A stretch of 64,000 nucleotides of DNA from Lytechinus pictus (Eukaryota). The notes beneath the pieces were generated by a model. That model was not told where the DNA came from. It saw only the letters and a list, made by a program, of their open reading frames with translations, and searched no databases. The stretch is taken from NCBI RefSeq assembly GCF_037042905.1, contig NC_087252.1:14448001-14512000 (forward strand). The letters are read 5' to 3'. Shown here piece after piece: positions 40,723 to 51,547 of this stretch; the first letter of the stretch is position 1, and each line of letters opens with the position of its first letter. The position numbers and the translations under genes are program-made.

Positions 40723-40810
40723 GAATATCGTGGCTCAATGGATAACGCACTTGACTTGAGTTCTCGGGGGCGCAGGTTCGAGTCCTGGGGGTGAACAAGA
40801 TTATTTTTTG
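40723..40810 (+). ncRNA. tRNA-derived Pol III cassette, copy 2
   Basis: Same A box, B box and T-run as copy 1. Confidence 0.65.
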
Positions 40811-43261
40811 TTCTTTTTTTTTTCTTTTTACCACCTCGTACATGATCCTTTATGATAATTAAAAGGTATGAAAGTTAAAATTTAGCAAGATTAAACAGAT
40901 TATAATTACTTTTTTTCATATCACATGTATTTTCATATATCAAAGAGACCCTTTTCACAGTGCTTTATCATCTCCCGTCTTTCACAAGTATTCCATCCAT
41001 AATGAACATTCCGTTGTCATCATGAAGATCATATTGATCTGCTTGAACATGGTAATAGTGATCATGATGGCGAGAATAAGGACAGGCCACCTAATTCGTC
41101 CGCATGACGAATTAAAATCTAGTTTTTTATTATTATTTATTTTTTTATTCATTATATATATATTGTTTATTTCTTTATTTTATCTTATTATTTATTCATA
41201 AAAATGTACTTAGGATAGGGGGCCTTCACCCTACAAGCTCTGCTTTTTAGTTGGTCTCCTTCTCTTTCGATTTCATAGTATTACTGTATTATAAAAATGA
41301 TTTAAATGCTATATTTTGTAAATATGTATATTAAACTATCATTGCAAATGTAAAAAGATTGAAAGAGAAAATTAATGAATTGAATTGAATATTGAAAACT
41401 CTTCAACGGTTGCCCCTAAAGGAACGCATAGTCTTTAAAATCCTTCTTTATATTTTTTTCATATAGTCAATGGCATCCCCCCCCCCCCAGTTACAATAAG
41501 TCTTTGATGCATAATTACCAATTCTCAAACAATTTACGATCCTCACCAAATCTCTTACAAATTCCAGTTGCTAAGAAATCATGCAGGGAATGGGCCTTCG
41601 CTCACGCAGAGCCTGTGGAATTCTCTTCCACAGAGTTTGAAAATCCAGACTGCAGTGACCACCTTCAAGGACAACCTGAAAATATACCTGTATAAGAGAT
41701 ATGTATTTTATGTAAATAGTTTTGGCTGTTCTGCTCTGAAGCGCCTTGAGCATCTAATCAAGATGAAAAGTACGATATACAAATCTCATGTATTATAATC
41801 AGTCTTGTAGTCGAGTCACCATGGTCCGAGTCCGACTCACCAAATTAAAATGTCATATTTTGATTTGTTTACTCTAAAAGCCTTAAAGTAAACAAATTTA
41901 AATACGACATACAAATCAAAATAATGACATATTTTAATACGTAAACAAGAAAAAAAGAAATATGAAATTATTTTAATTTGTTGTTTACTTTAAAAGGTTT
42001 AAGTAAACAAATTAAAATGTAATATAAGTAAACAACAAATTAAAATAATGTCATATTTTAGTTGGCTTACTTTAAACCTTTTAAAATTACTTTGACATCA
42101 TACAATCAATCAAAAACAATCACTCACCCAATCAACAATTGATTCAAATCAACAAATACTTTATCTTTTACAATTAAAGATAAAAAATGACAAAGTAAGG
42201 GGAAAGCTGTTGACTTTGAGGTAAATAATATTTATGTACAGTTAACTCTGCGTAAGTCGAAGTCGCATAAGTCGAATAATCAGAACATCCAAGACTCGTT
42301 TGCAAATATCAGTGCCTGCAAGAAATACAACATAATGTGTCTTTGATGCCACAGGGTCTTACCTGTTTCAAGATTTTACAAAAGCATGAACAATTTGTTG
42401 CTTTTCATTTAAACATCATTACATCAATAGTACCATCTTTACAAATATGTTGTGTACAAAATTTGTAGAAAATGTAGGCCTATTACTCTAAAAAAATGAT
42501 ACCAAATGTTCCTAATTTATTCAATTTCATGTATGAACATTATGGTAAAACAGAACTAAAATTCCCTTTGGACCTTTACGTTTTTGTGTCTCATTTGTTT
42601 AGTATTGTTTTATGCTCAAGTGTGAATGGATCCTTTCCAAAATATGCAGTTCCCTTTGTAAAAAAAAACATATGCTGGCATACAAAAAGGGTGAAAGATA
42701 CATGTATTTAAAATAATGGATTCATCCAGGCTACGCGGTGTTACGATATCAGTATTGATATCTAAGCACTTCATACACCTCCCGCAACATGGATACCAAG
42801 CCTGTTGATTGACCTGCCTAGCTGGCCTGTATAATAAAACTGTATATAAGTTCACTACCAAAGTCTCCGCCAGAGTCCTTTGTATTGGATCATGGTGGCA
42901 GCTGAAACCAGTGATCGCCTTTGAAATGACAAGGATCAAGTAACCAGCTACTGTTGGGAAGTAAACTGCATGTCTTTTTACTGAAATTCGCATGCTTCAT
43001 AACCTATACTAACCCAACGGGTGCCCGCTCGCCCCGGCTATCGCATCGCTACTGTACGTGAATACCGTACGTGCATACCCAATGCACTGTCACAGCAAAC
43101 GAAACCGTGTTGTGTGAAGGAGCGAGATGCTAACGGTAACTGTAAACAATCAAATATAGCCTGAATAAGTTATAACTGTGTTCAATCACTGGCACAGAGG
43201 TCTGCATCAGAAGATCAACATACACTAAAAGTTATGTTCCACTTTATATGTTTGTCATTTT

Positions 43262-43300
43262 GCCTCCGACGAAGATTCTGCTAGGATCGAAAGCTTAGGC
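43262..43300 (+). ncRNA. Minimal type I hammerhead ribozyme motif (Penelope-like) in an 84-bp insert (43234-43317)
   Basis: Stem I GCCU/AGGC, core CCGACGA (U4>C variant of CUGANGA), stem II GAUUCU-gcu-AGGAUC, GAAA, palindromic stem III AGCU and a CUU cleavage triplet. The insert is flanked by the 14-bp direct repeat atacactaaaagtt. Confidence 0.75.
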
Positions 43301-43613
43301 CCCTTTTTGACTTTCTAATACACTAAAAGTTGATAAAACCTAAATTACTTAATTTTCTGGACTGGAGTGTGAACAATGAATTAATATTTTCCTAATATTA
43401 ATTGTAAATCTGAAGTGTGAGAAGTGAGTGGGAGTGACCAGCATTTTCACTGCATGAAACACCTAATGACATTCACACAGGGTTGTGAGTGCGTTAGAGG
43501 TATCATCACCAGTCGACCTGTGACTGTAAGGAGCGTTCACACGTGGATATAATCAGACATTAATATCTACACTCATTCGTTTAAATACTTAATACGTACA
43601 GCGAACATACACA

Positions 43614-44273
43614 ATGAGTAGTGGAAAATATCCAGAAATTAACTGGGAGGCAACATACCTACCCGAAGAGTTCCATCTTTTCAGACAAAGAATTGAGCTG
43701 ATTCTAGCAGACCAAGACATAACTGATCAGAGAAAAGTGGCTATAAAAATCAAGATTGCTGTAGGCAATGAAGGCTTGAGTCGAATCAATGCATCGGGGC
43801 TATCAGAGACCGATAAAGAAAAACCGCAAGAGCAATGGAAACTATTAGAGGCACAGTTGAAGGTCAATATCAATTTTCGCATACACCGCTTAGAGCTAAT
43901 GCGGTACAGGCAGAAACCAGATGAAACGATCGATGAAATCGTAACCAGGTGTAGGGACAAAGCCAAAAATTGCGATTTCGAAGAAGCTGAGTTAAATGAG
44001 CGAATCATGGAGCTAGTGATTGCGTCAACTCCAAGTCTCGAATTCCAAAAGTCATTGCTAGATCAATCGAAAGGTTACAAGGTCGAACAAATTTTGGTAG
44101 AAGGTCGTAAATACGAGGCAGTCGCAACAACAATAAAACTTACAGCTTACGGAGAGACATCAATTTCATGTAAGGGTACACTAGACATAAAGTGTAGATA
44201 CAAGAGTACAAAATGGTCAACACAGACATTCTATGTAGCAGATGTCAATGGTCCAGCGATCCTAGGGTTGTAA
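43614..44273 (+). pseudogene. gag: Gypsy gag N-terminal part fused in frame to the C-terminal half of the protease
   Basis: Gag-like RQKPDETIDEIVTRCRDKAKNCDF is followed directly by protease C-half TIKLTAYG...FYVADVNGPAILGL*. There is no CCHC knuckle and no D-T/S-G active site. Confidence 0.8.
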
Positions 44274-44308
44274 GGTAGCACTGACCTTGGATTATCACAA
44301 TTCACTCA

Positions 44309-47107
44309 ATGCACGACAAAACACCTACACCCAATCCTAAACCTAAACAAACACCTATCACAAGTGTAAGGGATCTCAAACAAGCATATCCGAATCAGTT
44401 TGACGCTATTGGTAGTTTCCGGGGGAAGGCAATGCTTCATGTCAAGGACGATGCTAAACCTACCATAGATGCACCCCGCAAGTGCAGCGTACACTTGAAA
44501 GACAAAATCAAGGCGGAACTGGACAGTATGGAGCAGCAAGGAGTCATCAGAAAAATCGAGTACCACACCGATTGGTGCAGCTCCATTACCACTGTTGTGA
44601 AGAAAGATGGATCCATCAGGATTTTTCTTGACCCCAGGAGGTTAAATGATGCCTTGAAGAGATGCCCGCACAAGTTACCAACATTGGAAGAGGTCCAACC
44701 TGTCTTTGCAGGAGCTCAGTACTTCTCTAAGTTAGACGCGAAGGCTGGTTACTGGTCGGTTCACCTATCAGAGGAGTGCCAGGATCTCACCACATTCCGT
44801 ACACCATTTGGAAGGTACTGCTTCCAAAGACTACCATTTGGGTTATGTACTAGTCAGGATATCTTCCAGCAGCATATGGATAGGATTGTCCAAAATGTGC
44901 CAGGCTGCGTATGCATCGCAGATTACATAGCAATCGTAGGAAGAACGGAGGAGGAACACGAAAGGAATCTCTACTTACTCATGGAGACGGCAAAGCAAGA
45001 AGGCTTAGTGTTCAACAGCTCCAAGTGTACTATCAAGAAGGAAGCCATCAACTTATTTGGTTCCAAGTACACTAGATCAGGTATCTACCCAGATCCGAGC
45101 AAGGTAGAAGATATCACATCAATGCCATCACCCAAGGACAAAGAAGATGTTCAGAGATGCCTAGGATTATTCACATACCTAGCAGCATACATTCCTAACT
45201 TCTCAGAGAAGTCAGCGCCACTTCGAGAACTTCTACACAAGGAAGTACCATTCATCTGGGACGATGATCATGAACATTCCTTGAACAGCCTGAAAAGTGC
45301 AGTATCATCAGGTGCATGTCTACAATTCTATGACCCAAAGAAAGAGACAACTCTTGAGGTAGATGCATTGATGAAAGGGCTAGGAGCATGCCTGCTCCAG
45401 CAAGGCAAACCAGTTGCATTTGCATCCAAAAGTCTTTCCACTGCACAGTCCAACTATTCCAACATAGAGAGGGAAACCTTAGCCCTAGTGTTTGGTATCA
45501 ACCGCTTCCATACATATCTGTTCGGGAAGGAATTCACCGTCGTAACAGATCACAGACCATTGGAGATGATATGGAAGAAACCTCTTAGAAGTGCACCACC
45601 ACGTCTACAGAGATTGCTTATCAAAGTCCAAGGATACCGATGTCAAGTCAAGTATCGACCAGGAAAAGACATGATTCTTTCCGATACCTTGAGCCGACTT
45701 CCTAATCCCAAGGAAGCACGCGATGTTCCGCTAGATGTCAGAGTGGAATCCATCTGCTCTGAAGCCGAAGATTCGCAGCAGATTGACTTGATATACTTCG
45801 GACAACACAAGAGAACAGAGCTTCAGAGAGAAACAGCTAATGATCCTGTTCTCAGATCACTATGGCAAATAGTCACTCAGGGATGGCCTGAGACCATCCA
45901 AGAATTGCCGACATCCCTTCGTCAATTTTGGTATTACAGAGATGAAATCGGAGTATCACACGAAGTACTCTTCAAGGGAAGTCAAGTCATCATACCGAAG
46001 ACACTAAGGAATGACATCCTTAGACAGCTTCACCTAGGACACATGGGAATCGAAAGCACGAGGCGACTTGCTCGTGAGACAGTGTTCTGGCCAAACATCA
46101 ACAAGGACATTGATCAGTTGATAAAGCAGTGTGAAACATGCCAGAAACACCAAACAAGACAGCAGAAAGAGCCACTGCATCCCCATGATGTACCACCAGC
46201 ACCATGGACCAGACTGGGTACCGACTTGTTCATGCTCAATAGACAAGATTATCTACTCGTTACTGATTACTATTCCAAGTATCCCATCATTGCTAAGCTA
46301 ACCGATACATCCAGTGCAGCTATAGCAAGAGAGATGACGGGAATCTTCAGTCTGTTCGGTCCACCAGAAGAGATTGTGTCCGACAACGGTCCACAATTTG
46401 TTGGAAAACCATTCCAAGACATGTGCAAAAAGTGGAATATCAAGCACATCACTTCTTCACCGCACTATCCAAGATCCAACGGATTAGCTGAGAGAATGGT
46501 TCGTACAATCAAGAATCTGTTGACGAAGTGTTCTCAAACTAGCCAAGACAGTCAACTAGCCATGATGCACCTGAGAGCAACACCAGTTGACAATAACTTG
46601 AGATCACCAACAGAGATGTTGTTTGGAAGACCCATCCGAACCACATTGCCAAGTCACTATCTTTCGAGAGATTCTGCTGCCACCGAGTTTCTCTTGAATA
46701 GGCAAGACAAAATGAAGGAAGTGCATGATCGACATGCAAGTTCTGATTTGCCACCACTGCATGTAGGACAGCCAGTGAGGGTTCTGCATCCAAGAGACCA
46801 CACTTGGATACCAGCCAAGGTATCCAAGTTCTGTGAAGAACCTCGATCCTACGAAGTTTCAACGCCGTACGGAGGAATCTTGAGGAGAAAGAGATCTCAC
46901 TTGAGGGAAGTTCCATCCACCAACCCAACTTCGAAGCGTGTGAGGTTCGACGAAGACCACTCCACAGAAACTCAACCAGAGGAAGACAACGTCCAACGAA
47001 CACCAATGTCCAACTTTAACGCTAATCAATCTCAACAGACATACTCACAAACTACGAGGTCTGGACGCACTATTCGCAAACCAGAGAGATTCATGTTTGA
47101 AGATTGA
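44309..47107 (+). CDS. pol: Gypsy pol (RT-RNase H-integrase); frame is open but the RT active site is altered
   Basis: RT motifs KLDAKAGYW and RLPFGL, with CIADY in place of xxDD. RNase H VDA...GLGA and YSNIERE. Integrase HLGH...CETC zinc finger and DDE (TDLF, SDNGPQF, GLAERMV). Confidence 0.92.
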   Translation: MHDKTPTPNPKPKQTPITSVRDLKQAYPNQFDAIGSFRGKAMLHVKDDAKPTIDAPRKCSVHLKDKIKAELDSMEQQGVIRKIEYHTDWCSSITTVVKKDGSIRIFLDPRRLNDALKRCPHKLPTLEEVQPVFAGAQYFSKLDAKAGYWSVHLSEECQDLTTFRTPFGRYCFQRLPFGLCTSQDIFQQHMDRIVQNVPGCVCIADYIAIVGRTEEEHERNLYLLMETAKQEGLVFNSSKCTIKKEAINLFGSKYTRSGIYPDPSKVEDITSMPSPKDKEDVQRCLGLFTYLAAYIPNFSEKSAPLRELLHKEVPFIWDDDHEHSLNSLKSAVSSGACLQFYDPKKETTLEVDALMKGLGACLLQQGKPVAFASKSLSTAQSNYSNIERETLALVFGINRFHTYLFGKEFTVVTDHRPLEMIWKKPLRSAPPRLQRLLIKVQGYRCQVKYRPGKDMILSDTLSRLPNPKEARDVPLDVRVESICSEAEDSQQIDLIYFGQHKRTELQRETANDPVLRSLWQIVTQGWPETIQELPTSLRQFWYYRDEIGVSHEVLFKGSQVIIPKTLRNDILRQLHLGHMGIESTRRLARETVFWPNINKDIDQLIKQCETCQKHQTRQQKEPLHPHDVPPAPWTRLGTDLFMLNRQDYLLVTDYYSKYPIIAKLTDTSSAAIAREMTGIFSLFGPPEEIVSDNGPQFVGKPFQDMCKKWNIKHITSSPHYPRSNGLAERMVRTIKNLLTKCSQTSQDSQLAMMHLRATPVDNNLRSPTEMLFGRPIRTTLPSHYLSRDSAATEFLLNRQDKMKEVHDRHASSDLPPLHVGQPVRVLHPRDHTWIPAKVSKFCEEPRSYEVSTPYGGILRRKRSHLREVPSTNPTSKRVRFDEDHSTETQPEEDNVQRTPMSNFNANQSQQTYSQTTRSGRTIRKPERFMFED

Positions 47108-49562
47108 ACATTATGAACACTCTAAACGCTCAAACGAAGAAGAGAAAGAGAAGAAAGAAGAACAACACTGAAGACAGTAGTGTAGTTTAAAAGTTTATTA
47201 TATGCATGTATAATAATTGTACATTATTTTTGGTATGTCAAGATAGTGTTTACGAAATTATCAAAAAGACACTATAGCCAAAACTTATTGTTTGGAAATA
47301 TTGATTTCAGGATCAATCCGGTTATCCAAATTATCATCAGTTTTGCACAAGATTGAAGTTATGTAAAATTGAAGATGCATACAGTTTATCACAAATTGAT
47401 ATTATTCTCACAAACCAAACAATTTCTATATTATCTGATATATCATAACTAAGCCAAATTACCAAAATTTGCAGACTACAATATCATTGAAATTTTAAAT
47501 TCTCAATCTTATCAGAAGAAGGGGGATGTTACGATATCAGTATTGATATCTAAGCACTTCATACACCTCCCGCAACATGGATACCAAGCCTGTTGATTGA
47601 CCTGCCTAGCTGGCCTGTATAATAAAACTGTATATAAGTTCACTACCAAAGTCTCCACCAGAGTCCTTTGTATTGGATCACGCGGGTACGATCGTTCATT
47701 TATTCACGTGGTGGGCAAACTCGGCCTGCGCTTAAGGAAAATCGCGCAAAAAATTAAGTTACCGTAATTGTGCTCCGCAATATGCTCATGTTAAAAACAC
47801 AAATTTATAAACACTTTAATTCAGTATTATTTGATATTACTGTGTTGAATATCAATGAAAAAATTGAAAACTTCAAGATGTAAGAATCTCCGAAACAAGG
47901 ATCTTATATCTTAAAAAGAAAAAAAAAGAGAGAAAGAAACAGTTCAACTGAAGTGTGATTTATAGACTGCAGAGTTCGCCCTACGATACGGCCGAGTTAC
48001 CCATGCAATCGTATACACAATACATGCAGCTGCACAGTGCAATGCGCTGTGTAGTCCGCTGCCCCGTACGGCCTGCTATAGCACAAAACTGATGTGCGCA
48101 GCTTTTAGTTTTAGCGTTGAGGCAAATCATGGGCAAATAAACTTTATTATCAATCGTAGGATATACATTTTCCATGAAATATTATTGGAAAGTACTTCAA
48201 AATAGTTAATAATACTGACTATTAAATTCACCAGATTAGTATTAAATCTTCCGGCCTCAAACCCGGCCTCGAGCCGAGTCATCGAGGCCGCATCCCTTAC
48301 AAAAAATTCCTGGAGTACTCTGTGATATGTACTGCAGGAAGTATCGCAGGAAAGTACTACAGGAATTACGTGCACGTAATTTGGGACGGTACCACAGAAC
48401 TGTACAACAGGAGTACAACAGGTCCGTGTCCTGTGATACTTCCTGTGGTAATAACCGCATTAGTATGCCAGGAAGTATGACAGGACATGATCACCACAAC
48501 CGCTACAACCGCTACAACCACTACCACACTACTACTAGTACTACAGTACAGTATCACAGGAATATCACAGGATAGTATCACATGATAGTATCACAGGACA
48601 GTATGACAGGACAGTACTACAGGAATTCCGCAGACCAGTATCACAGGGAAGTACTACAGGACAGTATCACAGGACAGTACTACATGAATACCAGACCAGT
48701 ATCGCAGGACAGTACTACAGGAATACCACAGGCTTCTGGTATTGTGTCCTGTAGTACTGTCCTGTGATACTGGTCTGGTATTCCTGTAGTACTGTCCTGT
48801 GATACTATCCTGTGGTGATGGATAGTATCACAGGACAGTACTATAGGAATTCCGCAGACCAGTATCACAGGAAAGTACTACAAAAACAGTACTACAGGAC
48901 AATTTCACAGGACACTTCTACAAGAATATTACAGGGCAGTACTGCAGGAATACCAAGAGACCTTACCGCAGGACAATACCTGCAGTACTGTCCTGTGGTA
49001 TTCCTGTGATACTGTTCTTTGATATCTTGTGTGGCATTATTGGTCTCATCCTGCAGCCTTCTTGTGATACTTTACTGTGGTAATCCTGCAGGGGTATTCT
49101 TGTTGATTTCCTGTGACAATCCTATGGTATTGTCCTGTAGTAGTCTGTGCCATTTTCTCACGACACCGCCCTGCACTGGTTTGTTAGGCGTAGTAGTTTG
49201 TAAGAAGTTCCTGTGATCTAGCACAACGACTTTGACATCTTGACTAATGAAAAGAGGGGTGAAAAAAAAACCTACAAATTTGCAAAGATGTTCAAAGCAT
49301 ATTTACATACCTTTATTATGTATGAGTTGTACTATGCACAGTATAAAACATCTTTTATATTATAAATGACTGCTAGAATAATGCAGTAACATTTCATCTT
49401 TGGGATAATACATGTACAAAGATTTATATCCACCAACATTGAGATGCCACATGAATTACTTTCACTATTCATACATTGCTGCCATTTTGAGATCACATAA
49501 AGAAAGCTAGATTCGACCCAGAATCCTTCCCTCTAACAGAACAATAAGCAAGTATTATTAAT

Positions 49563-49732
49563 ACCTCAGTCACATTTGCTGACCGGTTGCCTTACGGCGA
49601 GACAAAATCAGAAGTTTTAGGTATTCCTCTACAAACCAGCAACGTGTAGCTGCTAGTAGCTGGTACAAGGATGATTAAAACGGCTAATTTTCACTCGCCG
49701 TAAGGCCACCAGCCGGCGAATGTAACCAAGGC
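49563..49732. mobile_element. Short MITE
   Basis: Imperfect TIRs including gccttacggcgag / ctcgccgtaaggc. Confidence 0.6.
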
Positions 49733-49921
49733 TTAACCAGTATTATGGTTGTAAAAAAACCTGTACTAGCTGAGCAATCGCATTTTCCCCTTTTGTCAAC
49801 ACCCGATTGGCTTAATACTAAAAGCAGAACATCCTTTACTCAACCATGTTACGAAACAATGTATAACCACTTGTGCATGTACAGATAATGCATGGTGCAC
49901 AAACAGTAAAACAGTAAATTA

Positions 49922-50196
49922 TGAAAAAAAAGAAAAAAAAATGAAAATCCATAATTTATTGTCCGAAATAGACATGATATGAAATACTCCCGAAAATTCG
50001 CTTTGCCCAATTGATCGCGGGCCCGGCAGCCGCTGCGCCAGATCGACGAGGCTCCATCCCTTTAATCGTTGAACGCCAAACAGGGTAGCAGCAACTCCCA
50101 TCTTTTAACGTCTTTTGGTCTGACGCGGCTGGGGTTTGAACCCCCGACCTCCCGGTTGTGAGACGGACGCTCTACCAACTGAGCCAACACACCGGT
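49922..50196 (-). mobile_element. tRNA-derived SINE
   Basis: Minus strand reads accggtgtgtTGGCTCAGTTGGtagagc...GGTTCAAACCC (A and B boxes), then a ~200-bp body and a T-rich tail. Confidence 0.88.
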
Positions 50197-50277
50197 TGAA
50201 ATGTGTTGATCACCAGTATAAATTTAAAATACATGAACGTAATCATAATCACTTCATTTTGCTCAGAATTCACTTAA

Positions 50278-50860
50278 AGGAAAATGAAACTCTTGGAGCA
50301 AGTTAGCTTTTGTGAAAGCAGAAAAATCAAAGAATAAGATCAACAAAAGTTTGAGTAAAATAGGACTAGCAATAGAAGAGTTATGAGCATTTGAATGTCG
50401 AGATCACTAATGCTATGGAGATCCTCCCATTGGCAATGCGACCAAGATCTATGATGTCACAGATGAACAACTCTCCCCTTTTGGACACTGAAAATATACC
50501 CCAAAACATATCTTTTTGCTCATTCTAATCATATGACAAACGATTCATCAATGATATAATGTTGTGAAACCTCTGTACTTGTCCTCTCATATAGAGAACA
50601 CCTCCCTTGTGATAGACTCTATAAAAGTGAGAATATAAGTGAAATAAGTACTAAAGTAATGAGGGAGATGTACGTGTGTGACATCACAGATCTTGGTCGC
50701 ATTGCCAATGAGAGGATCTACATGGCATTAGTGATCTCAATATTCAAATGCTCATAACTTTCTTATTATTCATTCAATCTTCCTCAAACTTTCAACAATA
50801 TGTTTCTTTGATTTTTCTCTTTGATATGGATTCAGCTGGTTTCAAGGGTTTCATTCTCCT
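50278..50860. mobile_element. TTAA-flanked Kolobok-like MITE, copy 2
   Basis: TTAA at 50274-50277 and 50861-50864. Near-identical to 14792-15375. Confidence 0.85.
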
Positions 50861-51086
50861 TTAAGTCCATAAATAATGAACGATATTTTTGAATGAATTT
50901 CACATGATTTAGAATGTTCACCATAGGTTAGAAAAAATATGAACATAAGATTACTTTGCCGAAATGTAGATCAAATCTATTGAGACATTAATCTTTTTGA
51001 CATTGAATAGGCATATCATTGTTTTGCACAGTCTTCTTGTCTAAGAATTGCTCCAACTACGGATTGAAGGGTTATATATGAATGTA

Positions 51087-51547
51087 AGCATGAGCCCATC
51101 ATAAACACGAAATTGCGGCATGTAATTTGATTTGCTACATGTCATAATTGATAACTAAATGACATTCAATACTTGATGTTAATACATAAAATAATTAAGG
51201 TCATGTGGCAACGTGAATTCATACCTAGTCGAGTCATTTAGTAATTTCAATTAGTGTATGACCTAAACAATTATGACATATAGCTCAAAATTGACTTGAA
51301 TGATTATGACCAATTTGATTGACCTCAATTATTTGAAGTAGCAACATCAATTATTTAACATAAGCACGCTCAATCGACGTGGAGTAATTCTTCTTTAGGT
51401 CATGTTACTATTCGAATTGGAACATGTCATTGTTTAGGTCATGCAGCAATTCAAATTACTTGCTCAAGTAAACAATTACAATTGTAATATCACGCAAAAG
51501 GAATTAGCTGTACATGACATAATTCTGTTTTTGATGGGTTTATGCTT
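51087..51547. mobile_element. Degenerate MITE
   Basis: aagcatgagcccatcataaaca vs tgtttttgatgggtttatgctt, with internal repeated ggtcatgt/acatg motifs. Confidence 0.55.

Larger units (their letters stand above)
35375..41122 (+). mobile_element. Tandem/self-nested array of a non-autonomous Helitron/Helentron-like element
   Basis: Five 5' heads ATTAGGTGGTCTGTC (35375, 35448, 35536, 36811, 37873). Two 3' ends, each with the complementary GACAG(A/G)CCACCTAAT, a hairpin aattcgtc-cgcat-gacgaatt and CTAG (ending 39515 and 41122). T-rich insertion sites, no TSD. Confidence 0.8.
30640..41390 (+). mobile_element. 5'-truncated Crack-like LINE fragment (30640-30662 + about 34825-35374 + 41123-41390)
   Basis: ILPYLNYG at 30640 joins TITWGNAANYQINRLFILPKRVIRI at about 34825. 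The 3' UTR resumes after the Helitron-like array and ends in gaattgaattgaat. Confidence 0.75.
30200..41799 (+). mobile_element. Old L2 LINE 3' fragment split in two (30200-30639 and 41391-41799)
   Basis: ...SLISSRFDFGNSLLYN...LQNAAVRIVTLSSKRSHITPI stops at 30639 and resumes at 41391 as LKTLQRLPLKERIVFKILL, matching the conserved L2 HITPxLxxLHWLP...RIxFK motif. The 3' end tatacaaatctcatgtatta is L2-like. Confidence 0.8.
42739..47680 (+). mobile_element. Ty3/Gypsy LTR retrotransposon (Mag/SURL-like), internally deleted
   Basis: 154-bp TG...CA LTRs at 42739-42892 and 47527-47680 with one mismatch seen. 5-bp TSD cgcgg. PBS tggtggcagc (complementary to tRNA-Leu 3' end) at 42893. PPT agaagaaggggga before the 3' LTR. 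Confidence 0.97.

Noticed and set aside
48294..49220. CRISPR-like array or real ORFs (48327-48575 etc.)
   Set aside because: Degenerate short motifs in both orientations without unique regular spacers, in a eukaryotic context. These are subterminal transposon repeats and the ORFs are by-products.
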